Shown here: one piece after another, positions 1 to 10,191 of the stretch | Layout: every line of letters begins with the position of its first letter | How positions within the stretch are numbered: the stretch's first letter is position 1 | DNA from: an uncultured Elusimicrobia bacterium | Lineage (GTDB): Bacteria > Elusimicrobiota > Elusimicrobia > 2-01-FULL-59-12 | Reading direction: 5' to 3' | DNA length: 64,000 bases | Assembly: GCA_963702895.1 (NCBI GenBank) | Contig: OY969767.1 | Location: 1,120,001-1,184,000 of the forward strand | Notes under the pieces: generated by a model | Told to the model about the DNA's origin: nothing | The model's input: only the letters and a program-made list of their open reading frames with translations | Database searches by the model: none | Made by a program: the position numbers and the translations under genes

Positions 1-193
1 CAAACCACAAGATCCGCGCCCTTTTTTTGGGCCTGGGCGAGCGCGGCGCGAATTTTGCGAACATTGCCCTGAATATCTCCCACCACAGGGTTGATTTGGG
101 CGAGCGCGATCTTCATAAAGGGATGAGCCATTGTACATGTATCGAAATCAAAATTTCTATTGCAATGACGCGCAGTTTCCGATAGAAAATATC

Positions 194-1879
194 GTGCGTT
201 ATTGGATCTGGTGGAACGACTTGCCTCAGGGGCCGTTCGAAATTGATGAGCTCACGTCCCTGAACGCTTTCTGTGAAGACATGCTGGTCTGCATGGAAGG
301 CCGCCTGGAATGGATTCCTGCGGGTCGCGTGGCGGACCTCTCTTCCGCGATTGAGCAGGTGCGGGCCAAGCGCACAGCCCCCAAAGCTCCCCCTCCTTCA
401 CCGCCGAGGCGGCCTCCGATTGCGACCCCGCTGCAGGGTGAATTCTTCGGCGAAGCGCCAGCTCAGCAGTATCTCCTCAAACCGGACGATCAAGAGCGCG
501 GTCCTTATGCGTTTTATCCTGTTACGAGTGAGCCATCGGAAGATGGCTGGGCCTATCGCTATCCTGGCGTGACCATGCCGATCCATTTTGCCCGACAGCC
601 ATCCGCCGCTCCGGCGGTGCTCGATCTCCCTCATCCCGCGCCCGCTCCTGAGCGTATAACGGTTGTGCCCGTGCCGATCATCAAGGAGTCCCCGGCGCCT
701 AAGATCGCGGAAGTTCAGCCCGTTCCGAAAAAGGAGAATCTCAAAACGCCGATTCCATTAAGCGTGGTCGAGACGACCCCCGAGCCTCGAGCGGTGCAAG
801 AATCGCCCGTTTTTGTTCTCCCGCCATCCCAAGCTCCAACCTTCGATGAGCCCAGGCCGCAAGAAAAGAGAATCCGATGGGCACTCTGGGTTCTCACCCC
901 GGTACTTGCGCTGGGGGCCCTCGGAGGGCTGGCCTACTACATGGACCGTGCGACGTCCGAGGAGGCGATTGAAGAAACCCTTCGGGAGCGCGAGACCAGA
1001 CCCCCGATTCCGGCCGTGATCCCCACGGTTCCTGCACCCCCGCCGAGTCCGACCAAGAAGGCGGCACCCGTGGTCGTGCGTCCTTCCCAGAAGCCGCGTA
1101 AGGCCACCGCCCGGAAGGTGAAAGCTGTCCCGCCTCCGCCGGTCAAGACAGCCACACCGGTTTCTGCGCCGGCTGTCCAAGCGCCTGTCGTGGCGCCCGC
1201 CCCGCCCTTGCCAGGCGTCGCGGCAAGTCCGCCGGTCGAAGAAGCGAAAGTGGCCCCTGATCTTTGGGCGGAGCGTCAGAATGACGCCATCGAGACCGTC
1301 ATGAATAAATCCATTCCGGGAAGCAAAACCTCCATCAAAGCTCAAGCGCGCGCGATGCTGGACGCCATGCATCAGCGGGAGCTTCTGCACGCCGCAAAAA
1401 CGGGCGAACGACTTTATTTGCCGGACAAGATTTCCTGGGCCGCCCTGCGCGAGGAGGGCAGCCAGTACCGGGTGTATCTCAACTTCATGGCTTGGCAGGC
1501 CGGCGGCGAGCGCGTCCAGGCGCGCTCTTATCAGTTTCGTGTCGATCTGAAGAACAAGAACATCCGGCCTGAGGATGCTTCCACGTTCCAGGACCTCTTC
1601 CAGCCGTCGCCGGACTTGAATCTTAAGCACGATCCCATGGCCCTTGATATCGAGTCGATCCTGGGCGGCGTGGACCATTTCAATAAGCAACGAATGCGCG
1701 CGATCATCGTGAAAAACAGCCGGAAAAACAAAACGGAATACTCGGACATTATGAGCTCGCTCTCAGCGGCCAAAGACAAGATCCACCGGGCTGCCGCGTT
1801 CTTCCGTAAGACTTATTCGGATGAGGCCTTGCGCAATGTCGCCAAGGCCTACCAATTCACGGAACTGCTCAAGGGCTGA
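194..1879 (+). CDS. Membrane-anchored protein with N-terminal GYF_2-like domain and Pro/Ala-rich linkers
   Basis: GTG at 194 gives MRYWIWWNDLPQGPFEIDEL (GYF_2-like W..GPF motif); one TM segment (WALWVLTPVLALGALGGLAYY); long Pro-rich regions. The ORF track starts at 131. Confidence 0.7.
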   Translation: MRYWIWWNDLPQGPFEIDELTSLNAFCEDMLVCMEGRLEWIPAGRVADLSSAIEQVRAKRTAPKAPPPSPPRRPPIATPLQGEFFGEAPAQQYLLKPDDQERGPYAFYPVTSEPSEDGWAYRYPGVTMPIHFARQPSAAPAVLDLPHPAPAPERITVVPVPIIKESPAPKIAEVQPVPKKENLKTPIPLSVVETTPEPRAVQESPVFVLPPSQAPTFDEPRPQEKRIRWALWVLTPVLALGALGGLAYYMDRATSEEAIEETLRERETRPPIPAVIPTVPAPPPSPTKKAAPVVVRPSQKPRKATARKVKAVPPPPVKTATPVSAPAVQAPVVAPAPPLPGVAASPPVEEAKVAPDLWAERQNDAIETVMNKSIPGSKTSIKAQARAMLDAMHQRELLHAAKTGERLYLPDKISWAALREEGSQYRVYLNFMAWQAGGERVQARSYQFRVDLKNKNIRPEDASTFQDLFQPSPDLNLKHDPMALDIESILGGVDHFNKQRMRAIIVKNSRKNKTEYSDIMSSLSAAKDKIHRAAAFFRKTYSDEALRNVAKAYQFTELLKG

Positions 1880-1880
1880 A

Positions 1881-3029
1881 ATGGCACGCTACTGGATGTA
1901 TCTGGAAGATCATGTGGAAGGCCCTTTTGCCGTCGAGCAACTCATTCGTCAGCGTGGGTTCTCGCGTCAGACGCTCGTGTGTGTCGAAGACGCCTCCGGA
2001 CAGCCGCAGAACTGGATCTCCCCCGCGGACATTCCTGAGCTTGCTCATATCTTTAAAGCGATCGATGAACACGCCGCGGACGTGCTCCCTTCATCGCCCA
2101 AAGCATCCACGAAAAAACTGCCGCAGGCGCGTCGGCCGTTTACGCCCGCGGTCACTCTGAAACGATCCAGCCGGTTTAACGCCGTCTTCTGGGGATGGGT
2201 CACCCTCTTGGTGCTCTTGGCTGGAGGCGGCGGTATCACCTGGCTGGTCCAATCTCGCCGTGTCGCGGAACTCGAGGAGCAGCAGCACGTCAAGCGTCTC
2301 ATTGAAAATGTTCGTCTGTCGGGTTCCAGTTCCTATGGGACCCTGGGCCAGTATCTGCAGGAAAAAGTCATGGACCCGCGTTGGGAATTTGAAGAGAAGG
2401 TTGAAGGCCTCTACAGGGCCTCCGTGTCCTGGTATGGCCAAGGGCCCGCTGGGGCCGCGAGAAGTCTTGAGGTTTATGCGTTCGAAGTGAACACGCAGGC
2501 GCAGATCGTGCGGGCCCTGAACAGTGCTGCCGCGAAGCTGATTTCCGGGTCGCTCGCCGGCCCTCCCGGTACCAGCAGCCCCAAGAAAGCATCGAAAGTC
2601 CAGCCGCCTCCTTCGTTCGAGGAGGCAATCGACCGTCAATTGGACGCCTTGAGCGCGGGTGATTATCAGACCGTTTGGGACAGTTTCAGCAAGCGCAAGA
2701 AAGCGGAGATGCTCCGCGCCGGCATGAGTCGGGAAGGGTTTATTCGCCTTCAGACGCTGACACACCGGCTCGAGTCGGGTGCCCGTACGTCACTGATCAA
2801 GACCAAAGAAGAATCTGCCGCCGAACGCCTGGTCCTGCTCAAAGAGAGCTCTCCGGGGAGAGCCGATATCTTTATCAAACAGCTTTGGGTCATGGATGGG
2901 GGCGATTGGAAGCTCGATGATGAGCAAAAACGCAGCGCTGTGCCCACAGAACCGACGGAAGTGAGCACGCCCACCCCTGTTCAGAAGGAGCCCGCCACGC
3001 GCGTCCTCCTGCCGGGGATGTCGAATTAA
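1881..3029 (+). CDS. Second GYF_2-like domain membrane protein
   Basis: ATG at 1881, 1 nt after the upstream stop; MARYWMYLEDHVEGPFAVEQL parallels the upstream N-terminus; one TM segment. Confidence 0.7.
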   Translation: MARYWMYLEDHVEGPFAVEQLIRQRGFSRQTLVCVEDASGQPQNWISPADIPELAHIFKAIDEHAADVLPSSPKASTKKLPQARRPFTPAVTLKRSSRFNAVFWGWVTLLVLLAGGGGITWLVQSRRVAELEEQQHVKRLIENVRLSGSSSYGTLGQYLQEKVMDPRWEFEEKVEGLYRASVSWYGQGPAGAARSLEVYAFEVNTQAQIVRALNSAAAKLISGSLAGPPGTSSPKKASKVQPPPSFEEAIDRQLDALSAGDYQTVWDSFSKRKKAEMLRAGMSREGFIRLQTLTHRLESGARTSLIKTKEESAAERLVLLKESSPGRADIFIKQLWVMDGGDWKLDDEQKRSAVPTEPTEVSTPTPVQKEPATRVLLPGMSN

Positions 3030-3042
3030 CTTCTCCACCAAA

Positions 3043-4461
3043 ATGCGGTATGATTCCTCCGTGCGACCCCCACCGGTCCTCATGAAGATCAAACCTTTTT
3101 TTCAAAGCATCCTGGAAAGGAAACGCCCCTATGCCGAGGCGGTCGGCCGGTTTTGGGATGCGCTCCGCATTCAAGCGAAGCTCTCGGTGATCTTGACCGG
3201 CATGATCCTCATCCTGACTTCCTTTTTCTATGCGTTTGCGTTGTACCAGACGACCCGGGAGATCAAGATCAGCGCCATCCACAAGGGCGAGGCTGTCGCG
3301 GAAGCCTTAAAGGATGAGGTGGCTTATGTCCTTTTGTCTGGCAACTTTCCTGCCCTCAATTATTCTTTCAAACGCCTGTCCTCCACGCGTCATGATATCG
3401 CCTATGTTTATCTGCTCAACCCCAACGGTCGGATCCTCTCCCACTCGGATGCGAACTATCTAGGTCGGTCTTTCAAAGACCGTGCGATTCAAGAGAGCCT
3501 TCTTGATCCGAATACGCGAGTGAGATTCCAGCGGACGAGGTCCACCCCCGACGGACGGTTGGTGGATCTCTGTGATGTTTCCGTGCCGATCTACTCGCGC
3601 GGACATCGTTCAGGGACCTTGCACATCGGTCTTTCCTTGAGCCAATCCCTGGCCGCCAACGCGCCGCGTATCCGGGCGAAAATCGCTTGGTTTATTATTC
3701 CCTTTTCATTCTTTGCGGTGCTTCTGGCCATACGCCTGGCGCACTCCTTCACGAAACCGCTGCAGGAGTTGGCCCGCGGTGCGACGGAGGTGAGCAAGGG
3801 CAACTACGCCGTGAAGCTGTCCCTGGAACGAAAAGATGAGCTGGGAGAAGTGGCTCAAGCTTTTAACACCATGGCGGCCAACCTGAAAGAAAACTTTGAC
3901 AAGGTTTCGGATATGGCCAACCGCGATGGGTTGACCGGCCTCTATAATTCAAGGTTCTTCCGAGAGGCGCTGGCGCGAGAGCTTGAGCGTGTTAAACGAA
4001 CGAGCCGCCCCTTCTCACTTTTGCTCATGGACGGAGACAAGTTTAAGCGGATCAATGACCGCTATGGCCACCCCACAGGGGACCTGGTCCTGCAACACAT
4101 CAGCCGGGTCGCGCGCTCGGTGCTGCGCGGGTACGATACCCTCGCGCGCTACGGCGGCGAAGAGTTTATTGCGATGCTGCCAGACGCGACGGGTTCACAG
4201 GCCCTCCTTTTGGCTGAGCGTCTGCGCCAGGCCATCGAACACAAGCCGCTCGTGACAGAAAACGGTACGATGATTCGTCTCACCATCAGCATCGGTGTGG
4301 CACAGGCGAGGGCCCCCTACGAAGGCAAGGAGCTCATCACCCAGGCCGATCAAGCCCTCTATCGGGCCAAAGAGTCTGGTCGGAACCGGGTCCTCCTTTA
4401 TAAGGCGATCGACCGTCAGGAGTCTCTTCCGTCCAAATCCCCGGTTCAGACTTATCTATAA
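3043..4461 (+). CDS. Sensor diguanylate cyclase (TM-sensor-TM-HAMP-GGDEF)
   Basis: Two TM helices, HAMP motif (KDELGEVAQAFNTMA), DGLTGLYN, ARYGGEEF, ADQALYRAKESGRN. Confidence 0.93.
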   Translation: MRYDSSVRPPPVLMKIKPFFQSILERKRPYAEAVGRFWDALRIQAKLSVILTGMILILTSFFYAFALYQTTREIKISAIHKGEAVAEALKDEVAYVLLSGNFPALNYSFKRLSSTRHDIAYVYLLNPNGRILSHSDANYLGRSFKDRAIQESLLDPNTRVRFQRTRSTPDGRLVDLCDVSVPIYSRGHRSGTLHIGLSLSQSLAANAPRIRAKIAWFIIPFSFFAVLLAIRLAHSFTKPLQELARGATEVSKGNYAVKLSLERKDELGEVAQAFNTMAANLKENFDKVSDMANRDGLTGLYNSRFFREALARELERVKRTSRPFSLLLMDGDKFKRINDRYGHPTGDLVLQHISRVARSVLRGYDTLARYGGEEFIAMLPDATGSQALLLAERLRQAIEHKPLVTENGTMIRLTISIGVAQARAPYEGKELITQADQALYRAKESGRNRVLLYKAIDRQESLPSKSPVQTYL

Positions 4462-4490
4462 AATGTATTGAAATCTGCGGTCCTACGGCT

Positions 4491-5372
4491 ATGCTAGAAG
4501 CAATGAGAGATCACTTGATGGTTCGTAAAGGATTTTTGGTCGGCGCCCTCCTCGGGTTCTCGGTCGCAGGCTCTTTGCTTTGGGGAATACCCGCCGTGGC
4601 GACGTTTTTCCCCCACCCTGAAACGGACCCTGTGATTCCTGGCTCTTCGATGATGCCCGTGGTACGGGACGCGATGCCGCCGGAGCTCATCTGGTTTTTC
4701 ATTCAGTACCCCTATCTTTCGGCACAGAGCACATGGCGCGCCAAAAACCATCATACGTTCATCATTTCCGACAGCCAGAGGCAAAAGGAGTATGTGGTGA
4801 ACTTGGGGCAGCGTTATCGGAGGGTCGAGATTTACAGCAAGGGGTCTAAAAAAACCCAAATCCACATCTATAAACCCGGTTCCCGGCGCACGGTCCTTCT
4901 CTCGGACGGACTCATCGCCAGCGACGGATCGAGCGTCGAATCCAACCTGTGGATGTGGAAGTCTCCCTTATGGAACAGGCGCCATCTTCAGATCTACAGC
5001 CAAGCCGACCGATGGCTGGATTCCCCCTTTAAACGCTATTCCTGCGCGGGTTTTGTGCACCGCTTTTTAAAAGACGCCCAAGTCCGTGTGCCTGTGCTTG
5101 ACGCGTGGGACATGGCACGACTTCCATGGGTGCGGGTGCCGGTCCAGGAGCTTGAACCCGGCGATATCATCACGCTCAAGGCCGCGTCTGCTCAACACCG
5201 CCGCTTTTGGGGCCACAGCGTGACCCATGTCGGCGTCTACGTCGGAAACGGAAAATTCATCCACGCGGCGACCCCTTCCCGAAAATCCAAGCGTTCCTGG
5301 ATCCGGGTCGCCGAGCTCCAGGACTTCCACCGTCGCCTTGACAAGATCATTCGCCCCCCCGACCTCCTCTAA
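4491..5372 (+). CDS. NlpC/P60 family cysteine peptidase (exported)
   Basis: SCAGFV, PGDII, HVGVYVGNGKFIHA motifs; N-terminal hydrophobic segment. The true start may be 4503 or 4518. Confidence 0.8.
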   Translation: MLEAMRDHLMVRKGFLVGALLGFSVAGSLLWGIPAVATFFPHPETDPVIPGSSMMPVVRDAMPPELIWFFIQYPYLSAQSTWRAKNHHTFIISDSQRQKEYVVNLGQRYRRVEIYSKGSKKTQIHIYKPGSRRTVLLSDGLIASDGSSVESNLWMWKSPLWNRRHLQIYSQADRWLDSPFKRYSCAGFVHRFLKDAQVRVPVLDAWDMARLPWVRVPVQELEPGDIITLKAASAQHRRFWGHSVTHVGVYVGNGKFIHAATPSRKSKRSWIRVAELQDFHRRLDKIIRPPDLL

Positions 5373-5392
5373 AAACAAACGGCGTACGGCGA

Positions 5393-5431
5393 AAATAGAG
5401 AATAGACAATAGCTCTATTCTCTATTGTCTA
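5393..5431. repeat. Heptamer tandem-repeat hairpin
   Basis: aaatagagaatagacaatag followed by ctattctctattgtcta: 7-nt units in inverted arrangement. Confidence 0.7.
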
Positions 5432-5461
5432 CGTTAGCCCTAAATCTTTGGTTCGGCGTAA

Positions 5462-6682
<1,221 letters not shown>

Positions 6683-6788
6683 AAGACCCCTATTGACAAC
6701 ACAGTTGCTCTCCCGCCTCACGGCGGGAGAGGGGACAAGAAAGTGCGGCCGATTCAGACGGCAGGACCTCGCCAACGGAAGATTGGGG

Positions 6789-7202
6789 TTAGCCGTTGGG
6801 TTTATGGGCGATGACGCGCAGGGAAATCGCTTTAAGCAATTTGTCGTTGGCAAGAATTTCGATGGAATAATGGCCTTCCGAGGCAAACGGAACGTTAAAG
6901 AAACGAAGGGGAAGCATGACCGCCTGTTTCCAGCCAGCGGGAGACCCGGGGGCCTTGGGAACTTTGAGCTCACCCTTGGCGGACGCGATGTGCTTGCCAT
7001 CTGCGTCTAAGAGAAGGATCTGGAGCTCATGTCTGCGGTCCAAATCGTTCGGGCTCAGCAGCAGCCGCACCACCACCGCCAACGCGGGGTGCGTGGCCGG
7101 GCATGACGCGACGTTGATGGTGTCAAAGGCCCCCCCCAAGACAAAAAGTTTTCCCATCGCCACATCCGCGGCATCGGCAAGAAAAGCGAAATCAAGTTCC
7201 AT
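6789..7202 (-). CDS. Hypothetical protein (DUF6941-like beta-sandwich)
   Basis: FLADAA..GKLFVLGGAFD N-terminal motif; last gene of the ECF operon. Confidence 0.65.
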   Translation of the reverse strand: MELDFAFLADAADVAMGKLFVLGGAFDTINVASCPATHPALAVVVRLLLSPNDLDRRHELQILLLDADGKHIASAKGELKVPKAPGSPAGWKQAVMLPLRFFNVPFASEGHYSIEILANDKLLKAISLRVIAHKPNG

Positions 7203-7618
7203 TAGAGAGGGACTCGTTTCTTCGGTCGTGTGTCGGGGATGGGCCGAGCGTCTTCCGGGATGTTCGGGTGGCGATCATGAAAGCGCTGGTGCATCTTTTC
7301 AAAGGTCGTCAGCTGCTCGGGTGAAAGGATCGCCCGAATCCCCTTGATCGTCTTCCGATGGAGGAGCGCCAGTTCCCAAGCCACCTCTTCATTGAGCCGT
7401 CGTGTCTGAGCGTTGGTCTCTTCGAGAGTCTGCCGGAGGGACTTCTCCTGTTCAGGCGACAGACCGAGCTTCGCCGACATTCTTTGAATCCGCCGCTCGG
7501 AGTAAGTCGATGAGGAAGAGCCAAAAGGACGGTGATGCCGCCGAGGAAAGAGAGACCCGGCAAGAACGCCGACCCCCAACATGATCAGGAGCATCACGAT
7601 CGCTTTTGCTTTACCCAT
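7202..7618 (-). CDS. Spy/CpxP-like periplasmic helical protein
   Basis: N-terminal hydrophobic anchor; LGLSPEQ and ILSPEQ (LTxxQ-like) motifs; start reassigned to MGKAKAIV. Confidence 0.75.
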   Translation of the reverse strand: MGKAKAIVMLLIMLGVGVLAGSLFPRRHHRPFGSSSSTYSERRIQRMSAKLGLSPEQEKSLRQTLEETNAQTRRLNEEVAWELALLHRKTIKGIRAILSPEQLTTFEKMHQRFHDRHPNIPEDARPIPDTRPKKRVPL

Positions 7619-7961
7619 TGAGATCGAACCCGGAGAGGACGATGGCCGAATCTGGGCCTCCCATCGATTCTGAACGGACCAACTGGAGGGCCTTTTGCTC
7701 GTCCGTAGGACCCTCAAAAGCCGCTTCCGGAGCGATGTTCTCTTGCCGTATAAGATAAAACACAGCGAGCGCGGCGGCAAGGCTGATCGCGAGGGTCATT
7801 CGCCCCATCCAGCGCCACTGCCACCACCCAAGAGAGCCGCGGCGGCTTTCCTCTTCTTCAAGATGGGTCAGGACCCTCGTCCATAAGTACGGAGGCGCCT
7901 TTTCCGCTTGCGGCGGAAACGCCTTGTTTTTGACCTTCAGCCACTCCTGTTCAGTCATCAT
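7611..7961 (-). CDS. Putative anti-sigma factor (single TM)
   Basis: Directly downstream of and overlapping the ECF sigma gene; one TM helix. Confidence 0.6.
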   Translation of the reverse strand: MMTEQEWLKVKNKAFPPQAEKAPPYLWTRVLTHLEEEESRRGSLGWWQWRWMGRMTLAISLAAALAVFYLIRQENIAPEAAFEGPTDEQKALQLVRSESMGGPDSAIVLSGFDLNG

Positions 7962-8569
7962 CGGTTTTCTCTCTTCCTTACGACGAGATCCAGATCGATA
8001 ACGTTCCCATACAGTTGATCATAGGCCTTTTTGAGGGCTTCCCTTGCGCGGTTTAAGCGCGACTTCACGGTGTTCACCGGGCAGTCCATGATTTGCGCGA
8101 TTTCCTCATAGGAACGGCCGTCCAGTTCCCGAAGCGTCAGAATCAGCCGTTCAGAAGGCGCCAGCGCGCCCAGCAGCGCTTGCGATTCGGAGCGCTCCGC
8201 CAGCATTAGATCCGGGTGATCGGTGAAAGGGGCTTTGAGCGTATCTTGAAATCGGGTTTCGGAGTCCTCGCAGAGCGGCTGATCCAAAGAGGTGTGATCA
8301 TAACGTTTTTTTCGCAGGTGATCCAGACAGTGGTTGGAGGCAATGCGATAGAGCCATGTATAGAAAGCGGACTGAGATCCAAACGTTTCCAAGGCGAAGT
8401 ACGCCTTGACGAAGATCTCCTGGAGAAGATCTTCAGCCGTCTGGCGCTGCGTGACCATGGACAGGACAAGGCCAAAGAGCCTGTCTTGGTAGGTTTCGAC
8501 CAGATGGCGGAACGCCTCCTTGTCGCCCTGACGGGCGCGTTGGACAGAAACGCTCTCCTCCAGCCTCAT
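7958..8569 (-). CDS. ECF (sigma-70 family) RNA polymerase sigma factor
   Basis: AEDLLQEIF, FYTWLYRIASN, SYEEIAQIMDCPVNTVKSRLNRAR. Confidence 0.95.
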   Translation of the reverse strand: MRLEESVSVQRARQGDKEAFRHLVETYQDRLFGLVLSMVTQRQTAEDLLQEIFVKAYFALETFGSQSAFYTWLYRIASNHCLDHLRKKRYDHTSLDQPLCEDSETRFQDTLKAPFTDHPDLMLAERSESQALLGALAPSERLILTLRELDGRSYEEIAQIMDCPVNTVKSRLNRAREALKKAYDQLYGNVIDLDLVVRKRENR

Positions 8570-9111
8570 AGGGGCGGCGTGACGCGAGGGATTTCGGAGT
8601 TCGGCGGAGCGGCTTCCTCTTTATTGTCTAATTCAATAAATTTCCCGTTCTCGTAAGCGTACGTCGTTTCGCCCGCCGGGCTCCCCAGGATCATCAGAAC
8701 ATCTTTGCTGACGAGTTTCTCGAGGGCGTCAGGCCCCGTTTCGGGAACGGCCTTCTTCTGTGCCCAGAGATAGGTCGAGGGGTCCAGTCCCATGGACAAA
8801 ACGATATGTTCTGCGTAGGTGCCGATATGCTGGAGAAAAATAATGACAATCTGCTCTTCCTGGCCCATGGCCGTCAGGGCAATCTGAATGGCGTAGTCGC
8901 GTTTGCCGTTGCGGTCAAAATCCCCATAGGTGAGGGAGGGCAAGCGGTGGGTCTTTTTCTGGTTGAACTCCTTTTGGACCGCGGCATTCACCGGGGCGAG
9001 TATCCAGCCTGGGTACTCATGATCCAACGTGGTCTTGATTTCAGCCGGCAGAGCGATGGGAACGGTGGGTGTGACAGCCGCGACATGGGTCCACAAGATC
9101 AACAGCCACAT
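8566..9111 (-). CDS. Hypothetical exported protein
   Basis: Signal-like N-terminus; GDFDRNGKRDYA (FG-GAP-like Ca-binding motif); overlaps the sigma start. Confidence 0.6.
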   Translation of the reverse strand: MWLLILWTHVAAVTPTVPIALPAEIKTTLDHEYPGWILAPVNAAVQKEFNQKKTHRLPSLTYGDFDRNGKRDYAIQIALTAMGQEEQIVIIFLQHIGTYAEHIVLSMGLDPSTYLWAQKKAVPETGPDALEKLVSKDVLMILGSPAGETTYAYENGKFIELDNKEEAAPPNSEIPRVTPPL

Positions 9112-9138
9112 GCACGAATTATACGAGAGTTGAAGGGT

Positions 9139-9489
9139 CTAATTCAGGGCCACTTCTCTTCGGAAGGCCAGTGCATGGACGGCGTATTTGAACATTCGAA
9201 GTTCTTCACCATAGAGAGAAAGCCCGGCTTGAATCAACGTGCCGTCGACCGAACAGAAGGTGAGCGTGAGCTGTTCATAATCTCCGTAGACCGAAAGACT
9301 TCCGTCTCGGATGGTCCAAAGACAGGCGGGCCTTGAAAAACTGCGAGCGAGGTTTCGGAGGGACTCGAAGGACATCCCGACTTTAAAGTGGACAGCATCC
9401 TCACCGTCGGATGAGAGGTAGTTCAGCGTTGCCCCCAGCATCGTTTCCTCAAACCAGAGCCCTGAGGCGATCGTAATGGTTACGTTCAA
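9139..9489 (-). CDS. Hypothetical protein
   Basis: 116-aa ORF with TTG start preceded by GAGGAGGGG. Confidence 0.5.
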   Translation of the reverse strand: MNVTITIASGLWFEETMLGATLNYLSSDGEDAVHFKVGMSFESLRNLARSFSRPACLWTIRDGSLSVYGDYEQLTLTFCSVDGTLIQAGLSLYGEELRMFKYAVHALAFRREVALN

Positions 9490-9740
9490 ATCGTTCCCCC
9501 TCCTCTTTAAACTCTCTTACCTTGATGGGCAGGATTTGGCAAGACCTTCCAACACCTGCAAACTTGTCCTAAGAGAGGCACGATTGATGTCGATCCGAAC
9601 AGAAATAGGTTGATTTCTAGACAATAATCACAACGTGGACTTGAAGAGGTGTGAAGCCCTGCTGGCGGTTGCGAATCGTCGAAGCGCGCGAAGGTCATGG
9701 CTCTGGTGACCATGGTTTTCAGGACTGTTGGATTTGAGCT

Positions 9741-10118
9741 TCAGAAGACTCGAACGGGGGCTGAGAGCAACCGCTGGACGTTCCTGACGAGATCGATGGG
9801 CTCAAAAGGTTTGTCCATATAAAGGCGGACATTCGGCACAAGCTCCATCATGGGTCTTGCTGCGCCCATGGCGGTGAGAATGAGGACCGGAATCATTCGC
9901 ATGGCGGGATCCTGAAAGAGGATGCCACTGGCCGTGATCCCATCGACCTCCGGCATCATGAGGTCAAGAATGATCAGGTCCGGCTTCTCCTGCCTGGCAA
10001 GGATCAGACCTTCCTTGCCGTCATAGGCAACATGGGTCTCATGACCGTCTTTCCCCAGAAGATGCTGAAGAAGGGTCACGATACTTTTATCGTCATCGAC
10101 AACGAGGACCTTTGCCAT
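9741..10118 (-). CDS. Single-domain response regulator
   Basis: VLVVDDD, LDLMMPEVDG, LTA, KPF motifs. Confidence 0.92.
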   Translation of the reverse strand: MAKVLVVDDDKSIVTLLQHLLGKDGHETHVAYDGKEGLILARQEKPDLIILDLMMPEVDGITASGILFQDPAMRMIPVLILTAMGAARPMMELVPNVRLYMDKPFEPIDLVRNVQRLLSAPVRVF

Positions 10119-10191
10119 ACGTACAAAAGTAGGGCACAAACTGCCAGATTTCAAGGGCTAATTCAGCCCTTGGGGGTGCCGGGCGAGAGGC

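Noticed and set aside
34..108. 12-bp direct repeat TGGGCGAGCGCG upstream of the first gene
   Set aside because: Only two copies at the window edge; cannot be distinguished from chance.
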